Positions 1-13,059 of a DNA stretch of 64,000 bases are shown in pieces; positions within the stretch are counted from its first letter, which is position 1, and each line of letters begins with the position of its first letter. A program made the position numbers and the translations under genes. The notes under the pieces were generated by a model. It was given only the letters and a program-made list of their open reading frames with translations. It was not told where the DNA came from and made no database searches. Source of the stretch: Scenedesmus sp. PABB004 (lineage: Eukaryota); assembly GCA_014905635.1 (NCBI GenBank), contig JABVCE010000010.1, positions 682,001 to 746,000 of the forward strand, written 5' to 3'.

Positions 1-786
1 CGGCAGCTCGGGGATGACGTTGCGCGTGATGATGCCGCCCTTCACGCCGTTGGTGACGTTGAAGCACGCTGCGCGCCGCGCGGCGAGCGGGTCGCAAGCG
101 GACGGCCGGGCGCGGGCGCGGGCGCGGGCGCAGGCGCAGGCGCCGCCCGGCCCAGCACGGGGCGCTGCGGCAGGCTGGCGCGCGCGCCGCCGCACCGGCG
201 AGGCCCGCCTCCATGTTGGTATAGCCCGCGCTGTAGGGCATGTTGTTGATGGCGGCCTTGGCGGCGGTGGCGTTGGTGGTCATATTCCCCAGCCCCGACA
301 CGAGCACGGCGCGCGTGCTGAACTGATTCGCGCCCCACTGCGACACTGCGCACGGCGGGGCGCGCGGGCGGGGGCGGGGTCAGCGGCAGCCCGTGGGGCG
401 GCGGCACGGCGGCATGACACGCTGCCGCTGCTGGTGCCGCCGCCGGTGCGCCGCCGGCCGCCAGCCGCCGCAGGCACGCTGCTGCGGCCGCGGCCGCAGA
501 CCCGCACGCCGCCGCGGCGTGCGGCCGCACCGTCTGCCGTCTTGGTGACGCCGTCGATGACATCAACGACAAACTTCTTGGCCTTGACAAAGTCGGTGCT
601 ACCGATGGAGCCGCTGTCGTCGATCGCAAAGCAAATAGCCACGCCGCACACGTTGACGGGCGCATCGCCCGCCTCGCGCGACAGCGGCGGCGTGGTCACC
701 TGCGCCGCGGCGGCGGCCAGCAGCGCCAGCAGCAGCGCGAGCGCCGCCGCCGGCTGCGCCCGCCTCCGGGGCGGCGTCCGCCTCAT
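1..786 (-). CDS. Secreted vWA-domain protein, 5' part only (runs off the left edge); paralogue of the gene at 2424-8455
   Basis: Signal peptide MRRTPP...ALALLLALLAAAAAQ, MIDAS motif FAIDDSGSI, exon 2 ...AINNMPYSAGYTNMEAGL, exon 3 CFNVTNGVKGGIITRNVIP. GT-AG introns lie at the same positions as in the paralogue. Confidence 0.85.
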
Positions 787-1686
787 GGCCGCGGCCGGAG
801 CCAGGCCTGCGGCGGCGGCAGCACGGCGAGCAGCGGCGTCACCCGGTGGGCCGCTGCTGCTGCCGCCGCTGCCAGCCCTCGCGGTGCGGGCGCGGCCCCG
901 CCGCGCGCACGCGCTGATCAGAATTCTGGCGCGGTACGCGCCTCCGCCGGCGCCCCCGCGGCCGCGCAGGCCCCGGGATGCCGCGCCGAAGCGTGCGGGA
1001 AGCCGGTCGCCCCGCCGCGCTGCGCCGCGCAGCCCCGCCCAATGAGCAGCGAGAAGCGGCAGCGGACCATGGGCGCACCCAACGTCGTCGGCGCGCGCGG
1101 CGTGGGGCCTGCAACGGCAGGCTGCTGCTGCTCACCGTATCGACCGCTGTGTCGCACCGACCGCTCGCCCCGCAGCTCGAATGCTTCCTACAGCGATCAG
1201 AGTCGCCCGAGAGGTGCTGCAGAAGCGCAACGGCTGCGCCTGGGGCTCGCTGCTGTGTTGTTGTTGAGTGGCCGCACGCGCTGTGGCCTGGCCGCGTCGG
1301 TGCGCGCCCGGTCGGTGTCTCTGGATCTGCGGAGCGCCAATCTCGCGCGTCGTCCGCCACGCGCGCGCGCGCGTGCGGCGTCACACGCCTGGCGGATGCC
1401 GACCGGTCGGGTGTTGACGAGTACGAACACCGCTGCGACGGCGCGTGCACTCCACGCGGCGCCGTGGCGCCTCGCGGAAAGGAGTGACAAGCAGGAGCAC
1501 GATCCGCGAAGAGGGCGTGGGCAGCCAAAAGTCATTGCTGCTCAGGGGTCACTCCACGCCGTGCCGCCGCTGTCGCGCGGCGCCTGGGGTGCGTCGGCGC
1601 CTGCAAGCGGCGGCCGCACGGGGCTCAGGTCTCACGGGCGGTGGGGTGGCAAGGCGGCCCAGCATCGCGACCTCGCGAGAGTGGCC

Positions 1687-1691
1687 TTACA
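1687..1691 (-). promoter_or_regulatory. Putative TGTAA polyadenylation signal for the vWA/DUF11 gene
   Basis: ttaca on + strand, ~735 nt downstream of the stop at 2424. TGTAA is the known chlorophyte poly(A) signal. Confidence 0.4.
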
Positions 1692-2423
1692 CAGGCGGCG
1701 GCGGAGCAGCGCGGCAGTCCCCTGCTGCTGGCACGGCGTCGAGCTCGCGCTGGGTCGGCCGGCCGCACCTCCACGCCGGGCACGTCGACGGGCGCGCTTG
1801 CCCGCCCCGCTCGACTGCGGCGCCGCCCGCGCAGCGCCGCCTGCGTGGCGAGCGCCGCGCAGCGTGCTGCCGAGCCGCGCGCGTGCGCGCGTGGCTGTCG
1901 CTGCTGCCTCATGAGTCGCCAGGCGGCGAGCAGGAGGTCCGGACCCCAGTTTCCAAGCGGCGCGGCGCACGGAGCGCCCTGCCGCACGCGCGAGAGCACA
2001 AGTGAGCGCACAGTCCGCAGTTTTCGGCCGCGCCAGCTGCGCGAGGCAGCGACGAAGCAGGGCGGCGAGCCGCAACCAGGCTCTGCAAGAGGGACAAGTA
2101 GGTGGAAGGCGGTGCCGAGGCCCCGGAGAGAGTGAGGATGACCCCGCAGGGTGTGGCCCGCCGCGCGCGGCGCGCGCGCCGCGTGCGATGCAGGGTTGCT
2201 GGTGATGCAGCCCGCCCGCCGCAGCCGGGTGAGGCTCGGCTGCGGCGGCGGTGGTTATGCCCCCCACAGGCGGCGCAGGGTTCGCCTATACATGCCCGCT
2301 GCAAAGCAGCTCACAAACCCAAGCATGCAGCTTTTATGCCCCAACATGCGCGCGCGCACGTGCCCAGCATACAACGTTCCTAGACGCGCCTCGCCCGCCC
2401 CAAAAGCACAACAACAGGCGCGC

Positions 2424-5400
2424 TCAGCGGCCGCCGACCTGGACGAGCGCGCCGCCCGGCCCGGTCAGCACGGCGCTGGCGGCCGCGGCGGAGAGCATCT
2501 GGCACTCAGCCTCGCGCTGCGCGGCGCAGCGCTTGTCGTGCTTGCGGCACTTGCGCTTGCAGTCGCACGGGCGGCACCTGCCGTCGGTGCCGCAGGTGGA
2601 GCCGGGGCAGCAGTCGCGCGGCGCGGCGCACGCCTCGCCGTTCTGCTTGCACGCAAACGGCTTGGTGCACACGCCGCGCTTGCCGTAGTGGTCCCACTTG
2701 CAGGTGAGGCCGTCGCAGCAGACGCCGCCGCCGCCGCACTCGCCGCAGGGCTGGCCCTCGGGGCGGCAGCCCTCGCCCGGCTTGCACGCGTACCACGACG
2801 TGTGGATGCCGTAGACGGGCTTGCACGCGCTCGTGCTGTCGCAGCAGGGGTTGCAGCCGGGGGCCGTGCAGGGCTCGCACATGCGCCAGGTGGGAACGCA
2901 GAACTGCGGCCGCCGCGCGGGCGGCGGCGGGGCGACGTGGCGGGTGAGCTGGTGGGGGCCGGCGCGCGCGTGTGCTCGGGCGGCGGTGCGCACGCGCGAC
3001 CAGCGCTGGGGACGAGGCGCGCGCGCGCGCGGCAGGCGCGCGCAGGCCGCCGCGGCAGGCCGCCGCCGACTCACCGCCGCCGGGCAGAGCGCAACCGTGC
3101 AGCTCGCGTTCTGCGTCCACGTGCCATTCACGCAAGTCGACTCGCGCACGGGCGCTGTGCACTTGCGTGCGGTTGAGTCGCAGCACGCGCCCGTGGCCGT
3201 CGGCAGGATGGGGCAGGCGACCTGGCTGCAGGTCAAGCCGCGGTTCCAGGTGCCGTCGTCGGCGCGGCACACACTGGCAGTGCCCTCCGCGCACGCGCCG
3301 CTGGCCAGGCAGCACGCGCCAATGGCGGCAGGGCAGTTGGCGACCGTGCAGGCCTCGTCTTGCGCCCACTGACCGCCCTGCGCCTGGCACCAGGCCGCCG
3401 TGGCGTTGGGCGTGCACCTGCTCTGAGCCGGCTGGCAGCACGCGCCACGCGGGGTCACTGGTGGGTCGCTGCCACAGGTCGTTGGGTTGCAGGTCTGGTT
3501 GGTGTAAAATGTGCCGGCGTCCTGGGTGCAGGCGTTGAGCGTGTAGTTGTTGCGGCAGTCCCGCCCCACGCAGCACGCGCCGACGGTCGGCTTGCGCGTG
3601 CACGTCACGGTTGCGCAGCTCTGGCCTGGATTGTACACGCCGTCCACGCAAGCCGACTCGGACACCACCAGGCATTGCCCGCTGCTGGCGCAGCACACGC
3701 CGCCGACCTGTGCACACACGAGCGGGGCAGGCGGGTGCCACGGGTGAGCGGCAGCATCGCGCACGCGCATGAACCGGGCAGCAAGCAGGGCGCGCCGCCC
3801 CGCGCCGCGCCCGCCCCAGCCACACGGTTGGGGCGGCTGGCCGCCAGCCGCTGGCCGCGGCCGCACGCACGCCCGCGCAGGTCAGCGCACCACGGTGACA
3901 CGCGCTTCCGCTTTGTTGTTGCCCTGGTTGCGGTCGTTGGTCGCGTTGACCGAGGCGCGGTTGGTGAAGCTGCCCGCACGCGCCGCCTTGACCGTGACTG
4001 CCAGCGAGTAGGTCTCAGCAAAGGCCAGGTCCCCGACCGCGCAGGTGATCACAGGATAGCGAATGGTGCACCCAGTGTCTGCGCGGCGGCGCGGCGCGGC
4101 AGCACGGCACAGTTGCCGCGGAGGCAGTTGGCGGCAGGCGCCGCGCCGCCGGGCGACGGGGCAGCGGGCGGCCAGGCGTGGCGTGCGCTGCATGGGCCGC
4201 GCTCAAAGGCCGAGGCTTGGCTGTGCGGCCCATGCCCCGCAGGGTGCACGCGGCGCGCGCACCCGGCCTGACGGCAACGAGCTCGAGGCCGCCCGGCAGG
4301 CGGTCTGTGATGACCACGTCCTTGGCGCCGTCGAGTCCGTCGACCACGGTGGCGGTGAGCTTGAAGTCAAAGGCCTGGCCGATCAGCTGGGTGCTGGCGG
4401 GGCCTGTTTTGGTGATGGCGACGTCTGCAACGGCCGTGGGGATGATGGGCTGGTCCGCGCACACGCCCGACTGTGCGCCGGGCAGCTTTCGGCAAATAAG
4501 CTTGCTGGATGGACACGTGCAGGTGATGAAGCCGCCGCAGCCGTCGGTGAAGTTGCCGCAGAGTCCGGCGTAGGACGAGTTGCAGGACAGGCAGACGACC
4601 TGCACGGCCCTGTTGGCCTGGTTGTTGCTCGGGTTGATGTCGCCGGTCGCGTTAACCGTGGCAACGTTGGTCCAGGAGCCCGCGGCGGTGCCCTTGACGC
4701 GCACAGTGACAAACACAGTCTCCGCCAGCGACATGGGGCCGATGTTGCAGGTGATTGTGGCGCCCGAGGAGGCGCAGCTGCCCTTGTCAGGCTTGGCGGA
4801 CACCAGCTCCAGCCCCGCGGGCAGCGTGTCTGTGACGTTGACGTCGTTGGCGCCGCTCTTGCCGTCTTTCACGCGCACCGTGAGCGTGAAGTCAAACTCG
4901 GAGCCAATCAACTGCGGCGTCTTTGGAGCACTCTTGTCAATCAAAACATCCAGGTCGCGGCTGGGGACAAAGGGGCTGTCGGAGCAATAGCCTGGGTCCG
5001 ACTGATTCTGAAGTCCGGTATGCTGGCAGTAGGGAGTGCTGGTCGGGCATGTGCAGTTGATCAGTGCACCGCAACCGTTGTCGTAGGAGCCGCACAGGTC
5101 GGGGAAGTCGTAGCACGTCTTGCAGTCCGTCTGCGGCGGCGCGGCAGGGCGGCACACGCGCATGAGCTCAGGTCAGGACCGGCACGAGCGCTGGCAGGTT
5201 GTGCAGCTGCGCTCGCCGGCTGCCCTGCCAGCCGCAGCAGCTGCCGACCACAGCAGCGCAACCCAGCCGCCCCCGGCCGCCACTCACGCAGCAGGTCTGC
5301 TGGCTCGGGTTGGGGTTGGACGCCTGCGCTGGGTTGTACTTGGAGCCGGGGCTGCAGTCGTAGCGGCTGCCGTCGGAGTAGTATTGCGCGCACGTGCGGG

Positions 5401-8400
5401 TGACCGTGACGGGCGCAACCACGGGGCCGTTGTTGAACGGGTTGGCGTCCTTGTTGGCCGACACGCGCGCAGAGTTGTTCCAGCTGCCCGCTGCTATGGC
5501 CGTGACCGGCACCAGGTACGTGAGCTTGTCGCCAGCCACCACGGTGCTGGGGCCGCACGTGAGCACCTGCGCGACTTGGGAGCAGCCTGCGTGCGCGAGC
5601 AGCAGCAGCGCGCGCCGTGAGCGCCGACAGCGGGCGCGGCGCAGGCGCGCCAGCGAGCTGCCCAGCGCGCGTTGCCGCCCAGCCGGCAGCTCGACCGACG
5701 AGCTGAGCCCCCGCCCCAACCTGCCGCACCTGCTGGCAGGGGCGTCGCGAACGCGAGACCGGCCGGCAGCGTGTCGTTCACGATCACGCCCGTGGCGGTG
5801 GCGGTGCCCACGTTGGTGGCGGTGATGGTGTACGTGACCTGGTTGCTGATCAGCACCGACGGCGACGACACGCTCTTGGCGATTGACATGTCGGGCACGC
5901 GCTCGGCCTGAGGGCGGCGGTGTGCAGCGACGGCACGCACGCAGGCGCGCAAGGGCGGAGGTGAGCGGTGGTGGATGCTCAAGCCGCAACGGCTCATGCT
6001 GGCCAGCGGCTGCCCACCATGCAGCAGGTGGCTTGGCTGGGGTTGCGGTTGTTCGCGGCGCTCGTGTTGAACACGTAGCCCGCGTCACAGACGTACGGCA
6101 CCACGTTGTTGCCCAAGGGGCCCAGCTTGAACTTGGCGCAGGTGTTATAGACCGTGACGTTGGCCACGACAGGGCCGTTGTTGGCAGTGTTGTTGTCGCC
6201 CTGCCCCGACACAACGGCGCTGTTGTCAAACTGCCCCGGCAGCGTGCTCGTCACCGGTATGACGTAGCTCACGCTCGCGTTGACGACCAGCCGCGAGGGG
6301 CCACACGTCAACACCTGCCCCGCTGCGGAGCAGCCTGCGCGGCAGCGGCGGGCAGCGGCTCAGCAGGCAAGGATGGCATCGCACGCGCCGCGGGCACAAG
6401 CAAGCGCGCGCGCACGGTCAGGGGCGGAGAGCTGCCAGGAACATGCGGCCAGGCGGCCCGCCGGGCTGCGCGCGCACCCGCCGGCAGCGGCGTCTGGATC
6501 ACGAGGCTGGCGGGGATGGTATCTGTGACCGTCACGTTGTTGGCGGTGACATTGTTTGGTGACTGGTTGGTGACGCGGATCGTGTAGGCAAACGGCGTCC
6601 CGAGCTCAACCACCGGGCTGGAGACAACCTTGGTGATGGCAAGGTCAGAGCCTGGGCGTGGAGGGCAGGGCGGAGAGCGCGGCGGCGGGGGCAGGCGCAT
6701 CAGCTGCAAGCCGGTTGCAAGCCGCTGGCTGCTCGTGGCGGGGCGGGCCTGCGGTCTGACGAGCCGGCGCCCAGGCGTGCGCCGCACCGTTGAGCGGCGG
6801 CTTCGGCACCACGACCGTTGCCTGGGCCTTGTTGTTGTTCGCGTTGCCGTCCTGGGACGCGAAGACCTCAACAATGTTGGTCCAGTTGCCTGCTGCCGTG
6901 GCATTGGTGAGGAACGAGTAGCTCCAGGTCTGCGCCACCGGCATCAGCGTGTTGATGGTGCACTTGAGCTCGCGCGTGGCCGCCGTAAAGGCGCACGACG
7001 CTGTGGCGGCGGCGGCGGCGGCGGTGCATGTTGGGGGAGGGGGTCGGGCAGCAGCGGCCGGCCGGCGAGCTCCGCTGCGCGCTGCGGCGCCGCGCCCCAC
7101 CCGCCGGCGAGCTGCCCAGCCGCGTGACGCCCGCGCTTGCGTTGTACGCGAGCCCAGCCGGCAGCGTGTCGGTGAAGTTGAGCGGCGGCCGGATGTCAAA
7201 CTTGCCGGTGTTGACCAGGTCAATGCGGAAGGTAAAGCTGCCGCCGATGGGCTGCGGGCTCGCTGACGCCGACTTGGCGACGCCCGCGTCTGTGCACACG
7301 CCGCGCACGATCTCGGCCACCGCGGCCTGCAGCTGGTCGTAGTTTGCCACAGGGTAGTACTGCCCGAGGCTGCTCAGGAACGTGGCGTTGAGGTCGGGGC
7401 CCACGCCCACCGAGATGAGGGTGATATCGTTGGCCTTGATGGCATCGGCTGTGGCGCGGCGCGGCGCAGCGCAGTCGTGGACGCGCCAGCCGTCGGCGGC
7501 GGGCGGCACAGACGCTGCGGGCGACGAGGCGCGGTCCCCGCGCTGCTGTCGGCGCCGCGCGCCCCGCCGCCCCGCTCACCGCGCAGCTGGACGGCGTCGA
7601 ACGCGCACGTGCCGTTCACCACCGCGCACACAGGCGGGGGCGGGTTGGGCCTGTTGACGCACGTGCAGTTTGAGGACGCAGCGTCTGGGGGCGACGCGAT
7701 GTTCTTAGTGTTCGGGTCGCCATCCGTGATCATCATCACGATGCGTGGCAGCTTGGGGATGACGTTGCGCGTGATGATGCCGCCCTTCACGCCGTTGGTG
7801 ACGTTGAAGCATGCTGCGCGCCGCGCGGCGAGCGGGTCGCAAGCGGACGGCCGGGCGCGGGCGCGGGCGCGGGCGCAGGCGCAGGCGCCGCCCGGCCCAG
7901 CACGGGGGCGCTGCGGCAGGCTGGCGCGCGCGCCGCCGCACCGGCGAGGCCCGCCTCCATGTTGGTCGTGCCTTTGTTGTAGGGCATGTTGCTGATGGCG
8001 GCCTTGGCGGCGGTGGCGTCTGCGGTCATCGACTCTAGCCCCGCCACGAGCGCGGCGCGCGTGCCGAAGCTCGCCGCGCCCCACTGCGACACTGCACGCG
8101 CGGGGGCGGGGCAGTGGGCGCCGGCGCGGCTTCCGGCCGCCGGCCGTGGCCGGCGCGGCGCGCCTGCCGCCGCCGCGCAGGCCGCTGCGCGCGCACCGTC
8201 CGCCTCGGCGGCAACGCCGGTGATCACGTCGTCGACAAACCCCTTGGCCTTGGCAAAGTCCGCGTCGCCGATCGAGCCGCTCTCATCAATCACGAAGCAG
8301 ATTGCCACGCCGCACACGTTGACGGGCGCATCGCCCGCCTCGCGCGACAGCGGCGGCGCCGGCTGCGCGGCGGCGCGCGGCGCGGCCAGCAGCGCCAGCA

Positions 8401-8455
8401 GCAGCGCGAGCGCCGTCGCCGGCTGCGCCGGCCTCCGGGGCGGCGTCCGCCTCAT
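2424..8455 (-). CDS. Large secreted multi-exon protein: signal peptide, vWA domain, 5 DUF11-like Ig repeats, CGxxxxGCG Cys modules, 5 GACC Cys repeats and knottin-like C-terminal modules
   Basis: Exons encode FVIDESGSI, GTTNMEAGL, MMITDGDPN and LISVGVG (vWA). Five units match D(L/V/M/A)xxxK...F/Y.(I/L)...TDTLPAGL...N...D.N..NN. Repeated G(A/V)CC...C...C...G.(W/F/Y)...C...C units follow. Stop TGA at 2424-2426. Confidence 0.85.
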
Positions 8456-9038
8456 GGCCGCGGCCGGAGGCAGGCCTGCGGCGGCGGCAGCACAGCGTCA
8501 CCGGGCGGCGGCAGCGGCAGAGCAGCGCCTGCGGCGAGGTGCCCCGCCGCGAGCGCGCCGGGCGCGGCGCCCGACGGTGCGTTGATGGCTGTGCCGATGC
8601 GGGCGGCAGGACGCGGGACCGCCAGGCGCCCCTGCCTCGCCGCGGCAGGCGAGGGGCGGAGCCCATCGCCCGTGGCGGGCGCGCTCACCGCTTGTGCGGC
8701 GCGCGGAGCCCAGTAAACGCGGCAACAAGCAGAGCTCTCTACGTGGAGCAGCGGCGCCGCGGCTGCTAGCGGCGTGGCCGGAAGAATTGGCGTTTTGCGG
8801 CGCGAAGCACCCGCACTGCCTACTGTTGCGGCCGCGCCGGTGGCTGGCGCGACTGGAAATGCGGCTATGAGAGGGCTAGGGCGTGGTGGGGAGGCGTGGG
8901 CGATCGAGGAGATTGTGTGTATCTGGGCGGCGTTGCACGCGGGGGGTCCGGCGCCCCTTCCCTGGCCCCGCGCTCGCGCCGGGCTGGGCGCACCACCACC
9001 ACGCCTGGCGGCACCTGCCCCAGCCGCCAGCGGGAGCG

Positions 9039-11278
9039 TCACCGGCTGTGCGCCGCGAGCAGCTTGTCCATGTCGAGGCTCTCAAACGCCTCCGCGCTCA
9101 TCGCCTCCACCGCGGCCACGAGGCCCTTGTAGTCGACCTGGCGGCGCGGCGGCGGCACCGGCGGCGGGGGCACGGTCAGCCCCGCCCCAGCGCGCGCGCC
9201 GCGGGGTGCGCTGCGCGCGCCCCGGCGGCGGGTGCGCGGCGCGCGGCGCGGCGCGGCGCGGCGCGGCGCGCACCTCGGGCTGGCGCGGCGGGTCGGGCAG
9301 CGCATCAAACTCTGCCTCCCAGGCGGCCGGCAGCTTGACGCGCTCCGACTTGAGCTGGCGCTGCACGTTGCGCTCCGCATACCTGCGGCGGCGCGGCGGT
9401 CAGGCGCGCGGGCGCGTGCAGCGCGCAGCGCCTGGGCCGCCCGCGCGTCGGCGGCGGCGGCGCGCGGCGTGGTGCGCGCCGCCGCGGCCGCGCACCGCTC
9501 AGCGTTGAGCAGCGCGAGGCGCAGCCCCTCGGCGGTGAACGGCAGCTGCACCGACGCGCCGCCGTCCGCCAGCGCCTCGGCGGGGAAGGTGTCCCGCAGG
9601 CGCGCCATCTCGTCGGCAAACCCGGGCGCCGCCGACTTGACCGCGCGCGCCGCGTCACGGTAGCACGCGCGCAGCTCCTGCGCGCGCACCTGCAGGAGCG
9701 GCCGCGGCGCGGCGGGAGGGCGCGGCGTGGGCAGCGGGGGCGCGCGCGCGCGCTGCCCTCCGCGCGCTGCCTGCGCGCGACGCGACGCGCCACGCGGCGC
9801 GGCGCGCGGCGGCGGCAGCTGTCGGCGTGCCTTTTTGAACTGGTCGGCCATGCTGGCCTTCTCCTGCAGCTCCAGGTACTCCTGCCACTGCTCCAGCCGG
9901 CCGTCGCTCTCGGCGCGGCCGCTCTTGAGCCAGTACGCCGCCGCCGCGTCGGCCTTGTCTGCGTCTGGCTGGATGATCTCATCGATGATGCCATACTCAA
10001 GCGCGTCCTGCGAGCCGGGCCGGGCCGGGCCGGTCTGAGGGCCGGGGGCGAGGCTCCTGGGCGAGACCGCTGTGCAAGGCCGCGGCAGCGCGGCGCCGCG
10101 CGCGCGCAATGCGGCGGCGGCCCCGGCCCGCGCGCGCGCCTGGGGGCGCATGTAGAGGGGGCGCTGCATGTCGGCGTCCAGCTTGTCCACGCCCCAGCCC
10201 GTGGCGATGCTGAGGCAGCGCAGCAGCTCGCGCTTGTAGTCCAACACCTCCCGCCACTTGATGTGGACCTCGACCGCCTGGCGCTGCCCCGTGGGCGGCA
10301 CGCGCGGCTGCTGCAGCATCGCTGCGGCGCGGCGCGCGGGGGAGGGCGGGCGCGCGGTGATGCGCGGCGGCCGGGGCTGTCGTGCCCGCCGCGGGCCGGC
10401 GGGCGGGCGCCGCCACGCCTCACCCAGCGAGTGCGGCAGGCTCTTGCGCAGGCCCTTGCGGCCGTAGCCGAGGACCACCGCCGACCAGCCCACCGCGAGG
10501 CCCATGTTGACGGTGGAGATCTGCAAGCCAAGGGGCCGCGCGGCGGCGCGGCGGCGTGGGCGCTCGCCGCCGGGCGGGCGCTGCTGCCAGCCGGCGCCGG
10601 CGCCGCCGCGAGCCCCGCGGCCCGCCGGCGCACCGGGTTCTTCACGAAGCCCATGGTCGAGGTCAGCGCGATGCCCTCGCTGTCAAACGCAAGCTGCGGG
10701 GCGCGCACGGGCCGGGGCGGGGCGGGGTGCGGCGGTCGGGGCGGGCGGCGCCGCTGCCGCTGCTGCCGCCGCCGCTGCTCCCGCCGCCGCTGCCGCCGCC
10801 GCCGCCGCGCGCCCCCGCGCCGGCGACGCACGATCTCGCCGTCCTGGCGCGTGGTGCCCGAGGAGTTGATGAGCATCTCGATGGGCAGCGAGGTGCCCTG
10901 CTTCTCCAGGTACAGCAGCTCCGCGACCATGAGCTCCGTCACAGCCGGCACCAGCTGCGGCGGCGCGGGGCGGCGTCAGGGCGTAGCCCGGGCGTCGCCC
11001 TGGGCCCCCGCACGTCCCCCCGGCCCGCGCCGGCGGCTCACGGGCATGCCCAGGTAGACGATGCGCTGATCGAACAGCAGGCTGGGCAGGTCGGGCGGAG
11101 GGGGCCGCCGCCGGTCCCCCCGCGCCATGCGGGCCCGCACGATCACCGCCCGGTCACGACCCCGCACGCCCGCGGCCTGGGGGCGGCGCTGGCCCCGGGC
11201 CTGGGGCGGCCGCAGGCCGCTGCTGCTGCTGCTGCGCCCGCCCGCGCCCTGGGCCACCCCGCCTCGCAGCGCCTGCAT
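9039..11278 (-). CDS. CLPR3: Plastid Clp protease non-catalytic subunit, ClpR3-like, with transit peptide and C-terminal extension (multi-exon)
   Basis: RPPPPDLPSLLFDQRIVYLGMP / LVPAVTELMVAELLYL / INSSGTTRQDGE / AMLQQPRVP / DALEYGIIDEI. The catalytic Ser region reads LAVGWSA and the His region reads MLQQP, as expected for ClpR. The subtype call is from recalled motifs. Confidence 0.85.
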
Positions 11279-11906
11279 GATGGCTGCGCCCGCCAAAAGC
11301 CGGGCGGCCGCGCGCTGCAAGGGCCGCCCGGGCGCGTGCGGGGGAGATGAGGCCGGTGCCGCCGCGCGGCTGCTGCCCAGGGCCGCACGTGGGCCGTTGC
11401 GGGTGCCGTTCGGCCGGGCGTCGCGGGAATGCGCGCGCGGGATGGCGCGCGCGGGCTTGCTGTCGGCGGCGGCGCGCGGCCGCGGCGCGCGACGGCAAAC
11501 CGCGCCCAGCCGCTCGCAGCTCGCAGGGTGCCAGAGCCGAGTTCGAGGTCTGAACTGGGCAGGCTGCCGTCGACCGCTGGCTCGCCGGGCGCAGCGCGTC
11601 GATTGCGCCACGCAGCCGCCGCCGAGTGCACGTGGCGCGCAGCGCGGGTCACACGCGCGCGCGCCGCCCCGCCCCGGCGAATCGCGCAGAGCCGCCGTGA
11701 GGACGCGCACCCTGTGCAGTGCTTGCCAGGGCGGGCGGCGGCCTCGCAGCCGCCGCCCTGCTCGCCACAAGAGCCCCACCGCTGCCGCCGCCGCGCGCGG
11801 CGCGCGCGGGTCCTGCTCCCCCGCTCCCCCGCTCCGCCCGCCCCTCTCCCGCCGCCCCGGGCGCGGGCTCGCGCCGCCCCGCGCCTCACGCGTGCTCCGC
11901 CGCGCC

Positions 11907-13020
11907 TCACGCGTGCTTCGCCTGGAACGCGCGCATAAAGTCGGCGAGCGCGGCGACGCCCTCGGGCGGCATCGCGTTGTAGATGCTCGCGCGCATGCCG
12001 CCCACGCTGCGGTGGCCCTTGAGCTCCAGCAGCGACGCCGCCGCCGCGTCGGCCACAAACGCCTTCTCCAGCTCCGGCTTGGACGGGATGGTGAACGGCA
12101 CGTTCATCTTGCTCCGCGCGTCCTCCGCCACGGGGGAGCAGTAGAAGCCGCCCGACGACGCGATCGTGTCGTACAGCAGGCCGGCCTTGGCCGCGTTGCG
12201 CTCCGCCGCGCCTGCGCGCGCGGCGCCGCGCGTGGGCTGCGCGCCGCGCGCCCGCCCGCCGCGCGCGCTCCGGGGCCCCCCGCGCGCGCCGCTGCACGCC
12301 CGCGCGCCGCGCCGCGCGCCCGCGCCCGCGCCGCGCGTCCCCCTGCGCGGCGCACCCGCGAGGCCGCCGTGCTTGAGCAGGTGCTTGAACACGAGGCCGC
12401 ACACGTAGATCGGCCAGCAGGGCGGCGTGTTGTACATCGAACCGTTGTCCGACGCGACCTTGTAGTCCAGCATCGTGGGGCAGCTCGCGCTGCGCGGCGG
12501 CGCGGGCCGGGCGCGGCGGCAGCGGCGTGAGGCGAGGGCGGCGCGCGGTGCGGCGTGAGGCGGCGGCGCGCGGCGGCGGCGCGAGGCGTGAGGCGCGGGC
12601 CGGGTGGGGCGCGGCGCGCCGTGCAGCAGCGGCGGCGCGGCGCACCGCGCGTGGCCGATCATGTCGTCGCGCACGATCGCGATGACGACGCCGGAGGGGC
12701 CCACGTTCTTCTGCGCACCCGCATAGATCATGGCGTACCTGCGCGGTGTGGTGTGGGCGTGGCGGGGAGGGGCACAGGGGCACAGGGGCACAGGGGCAGG
12801 CAGGGGCACAGGGGCAGGCAGGGGCAGAGGGCGGGTGGTGTCAGCGGGCGGGGGCGGGCAACGCAGGGAGGGCGGGGGCGGCGCGGCCCCGCGCCGCGCG
12901 CGCCGCGGCGCACTTGCTGACGTCGACGGGCTTGCTGAGGAAGTTGGAGGACATGTCGGCGATCAGCGGCGCGTCGCCGACGTCGGGCGCGCCCGTGAAC
13001 TCGACGCCTGGCGGCCGCGG

Positions 13021-13059
<39 letters not shown>

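Noticed and set aside
1000..2400. Possible gene or mobile element between the vWA paralogues
   Set aside because: No recognisable domain, exon-like codon bias or terminal repeats. Consistent with 3' UTR plus promoter.
12765..12830. ggggca(c/g)a-type short repeats in a PSAT intron and long G/C homopolymers in other introns (possible G-quadruplexes)
   Set aside because: Common low-complexity intron sequence in this genome, with no evidence of function.
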